DNA of 49,767 nucleotides, counting the filler, from Jimgerdemannia flammicorona (taxonomy: Eukaryota), in the NCBI GenBank assembly GCA_003990765.1. It is 2 parts of 2 records of this genome, joined end to end, with 100 filler letters (N's around TTAATTAATTAA, not from the genome) between each part and the next. Parts side by side here need not be neighbours in the genome. Positions count along the whole stretch, not along the records: positions 24,937 to 49,767 come from RBNJ01000917.1; 1 more part is not named here. The stretch is one strand, 5' to 3'. Both the position numbers and the translations under genes were made by a program. The number at the start of each line of letters is the position of its first letter. Positions within the stretch are counted from its first letter, which is position 1. Below are positions 48,026 through 49,767 of the stretch, piece after piece. The notes below the pieces were generated by a model. The model did not search any database, had not been told where the DNA came from, and worked only from the letters and a program-made list of their open reading frames with translations.

Positions 48026-49303
48026 TGTGATAAACCAAAATGTACTACCCAAATTATAACTTAACCAGATGATGTGAATACATAGTATAGTAACCAGCAA
48101 CCATTGCTGCAGAAAGATATATAAATAGCCAGACTACCAGATAAGGTACACCTGTGCAAGACCTGCACACCTGTGCAAGACCTGCACACTCATACAAGAC
48201 CTGTACACTTGCCATAGATAGTAATCTATAATTAGCAACATAGTAACCAGATAGCAACCAACTTGTATAAATTACCCCAGAGACAAGAGTGAATAAACCT
48301 CAGTCTGAAATACAAACCAAAGAAGTCTCTAAAGATTGAGCATTGGTCCCCTTTCCACTCCAGTCCACTTTCTGATACAAAGCTGAAGATTTGCTGCCAA
48401 GTTTGAGTGAAGAACTTTGCCACCTTTGGAATTATTGTTATTGGTATGCTTGCTAGATAAGTCTGAAGAACCCAAGTCCCTGCCACCCAAGAGAAAGCTG
48501 CCTTGCTTAAGCCAGTTTCTGACACAACTTTACAGTGATTGTTCACACAAACAAAGTCAGTCTTTGACACAACTTTGCCAAGAGACCCTTTCCAAGAAGC
48601 CACCAGCACATTTCCCAGTAAGCTGCTGATTCAGGAAGAATCCGCGCCATCTGAGATATTTCCCAGAAGCCTGCCAATTCAGAAGAATCTGTGCCATTGT
48701 ATTACCAGAAGAGCCTGATTTGGAAGAACTCATGCCATCCAAGTAGTATTCCCAGTTGAAGCCGAATCTACGTCATCTACTGTTTCTAAGTTATCCACCA
48801 CATTCCCAGTTGAAGCCACCAATTCAGGAAGAATTCGCGACATCTGAGTTATTTGTTTGTTCTCAATGAAGAACCCGCCACCAGTGTAATTTCCAGTAAA
48901 CTGTCCCAGGAAGAATCCATGCCATCCTCTATTCCAAGTGAGCCAAATCGAGTTATCTGCCAGAAATCACATACTTTTGGAAATCGTCATGCTACACAAG
49001 ATCGTCATGCAGAGATCATCATGCAGAGATCATTGCACTACACAGAGAAATCACCCACCAACTCAATAAGGAGAACCATTAAATTTCCAGACCATCATGC
49101 AAAAAGGAGATCATCATGCTACATACGAAATTCCACCAATTCCCAGATTGACCCAAGAAAGGAAAAGATATACAAATCGCCGCTACACCCAAAGAACTGT
49201 CCCAATAAGGAAATTACTCACAGATATCCAGCTTTTCACTATTATACCACTAAACACCAACAAGGACCTCAGGAATCTTAGAACATTTTATTGCTTTTTG
49301 ACA
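48026..49303 (+). repeat. 5' LTR (~1.28 kb) of an LTR retrotransposon continuing past the window end
   Basis: Starts TGTGATAAACC and is homologous to 5772-7030; ~19-bp tandem units at ~48148-48208; ends near ...TTGACA just before a PBS. Exact 3' end uncertain. Confidence 0.85.
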
Positions 49304-49310
49304 AAGTAAC

Positions 49311-49319
49311 TGGGGGCTC
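49311..49319 (+). promoter_or_regulatory. Putative tRNA-Pro primer-binding site
   Basis: TGGGGGCTC directly after the LTR is complementary to the 3' end of eukaryotic tRNA-Pro. A decayed protein-like frame follows. Confidence 0.6.
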
Positions 49320-49767
49320 AAGCCAAACTACATCAACCCCCAAACCTTGTAATTTGCCTCCATTGAGCCAGGCACATTATATTTGGGGACTCAACTGGGA
49401 AGATTTCAAATTGACATGACTTTTCAGCTCACAAGAACCCACAGTCAAACTGGATACATTCAATACAACACCAACCTCTGCTACTACAGGAGAACTGGTT
49501 ATCACCAGCATCTGGACAGGAAGAGAAGTAATGACATCAAGACTTGCCAACTACCTAGTATCAGAAGGATCCCAATCAGAACCAGAAGGCAGTACAGCCC
49601 AAAATCCCCAACAAGATCAACCAGACAACACAGGTAGCCCTATAGGATATTTTGAAGAACTTGTATAAGAACTAAAAGATCTTATTACATAAGCCCAAGA
49701 TCTTACAACCAGACACTCCATACTAGTCCCATCAATCTCATCAATAGAACCTTTATTTTTTTTTTTT

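Noticed and set aside
49751..49767. Terminal poly(T) as a possible minus-strand LINE tail
   Set aside because: Cut by the window edge; cannot be distinguished from a simple homopolymer.

Overview
Eukaryotic, most likely fungal, repeat-rich DNA. The fungal call is an inference from short GT-AG introns with CTRAY-like branch points; taxonomy cannot be fixed from the sequence. The window is two contigs joined by an artificial 100-bp linker (44 N + TTAATTAATTAA + 44 N, 24837-24936), so the halves need not be adjacent. Most of it is nested, decayed transposons: four L1/Tx1-like LINE copies with a G-rich sense strand, a Ty3/Gypsy element with an unusual Gag-PR-Cys-rich-dUTPase-RT-RNH-IN polyprotein plus an ~509-codon third ORF, chromovirus, other Gypsy and Copia fragments, an Ngaro/DIRS tyrosine-recombinase element, several LTRs and two hAT-type MITEs with 8-bp TSDs. 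Two CpG-retaining islands carry host genes: an intact 5-exon, 399-aa PC-esterase/TBL-like O-acetyltransferase (11233-12804) and a tiny secreted-peptide gene (from 37105) behind a duplicated upstream block. Repeats show a gradient of C-to-T/G-to-A decay, from CpG loss to RIP-like CpA/TpG-to-TpA conversion. The best candidate for an undescribed system is the dUTPase/Cys-rich/ORF3 Gypsy element.
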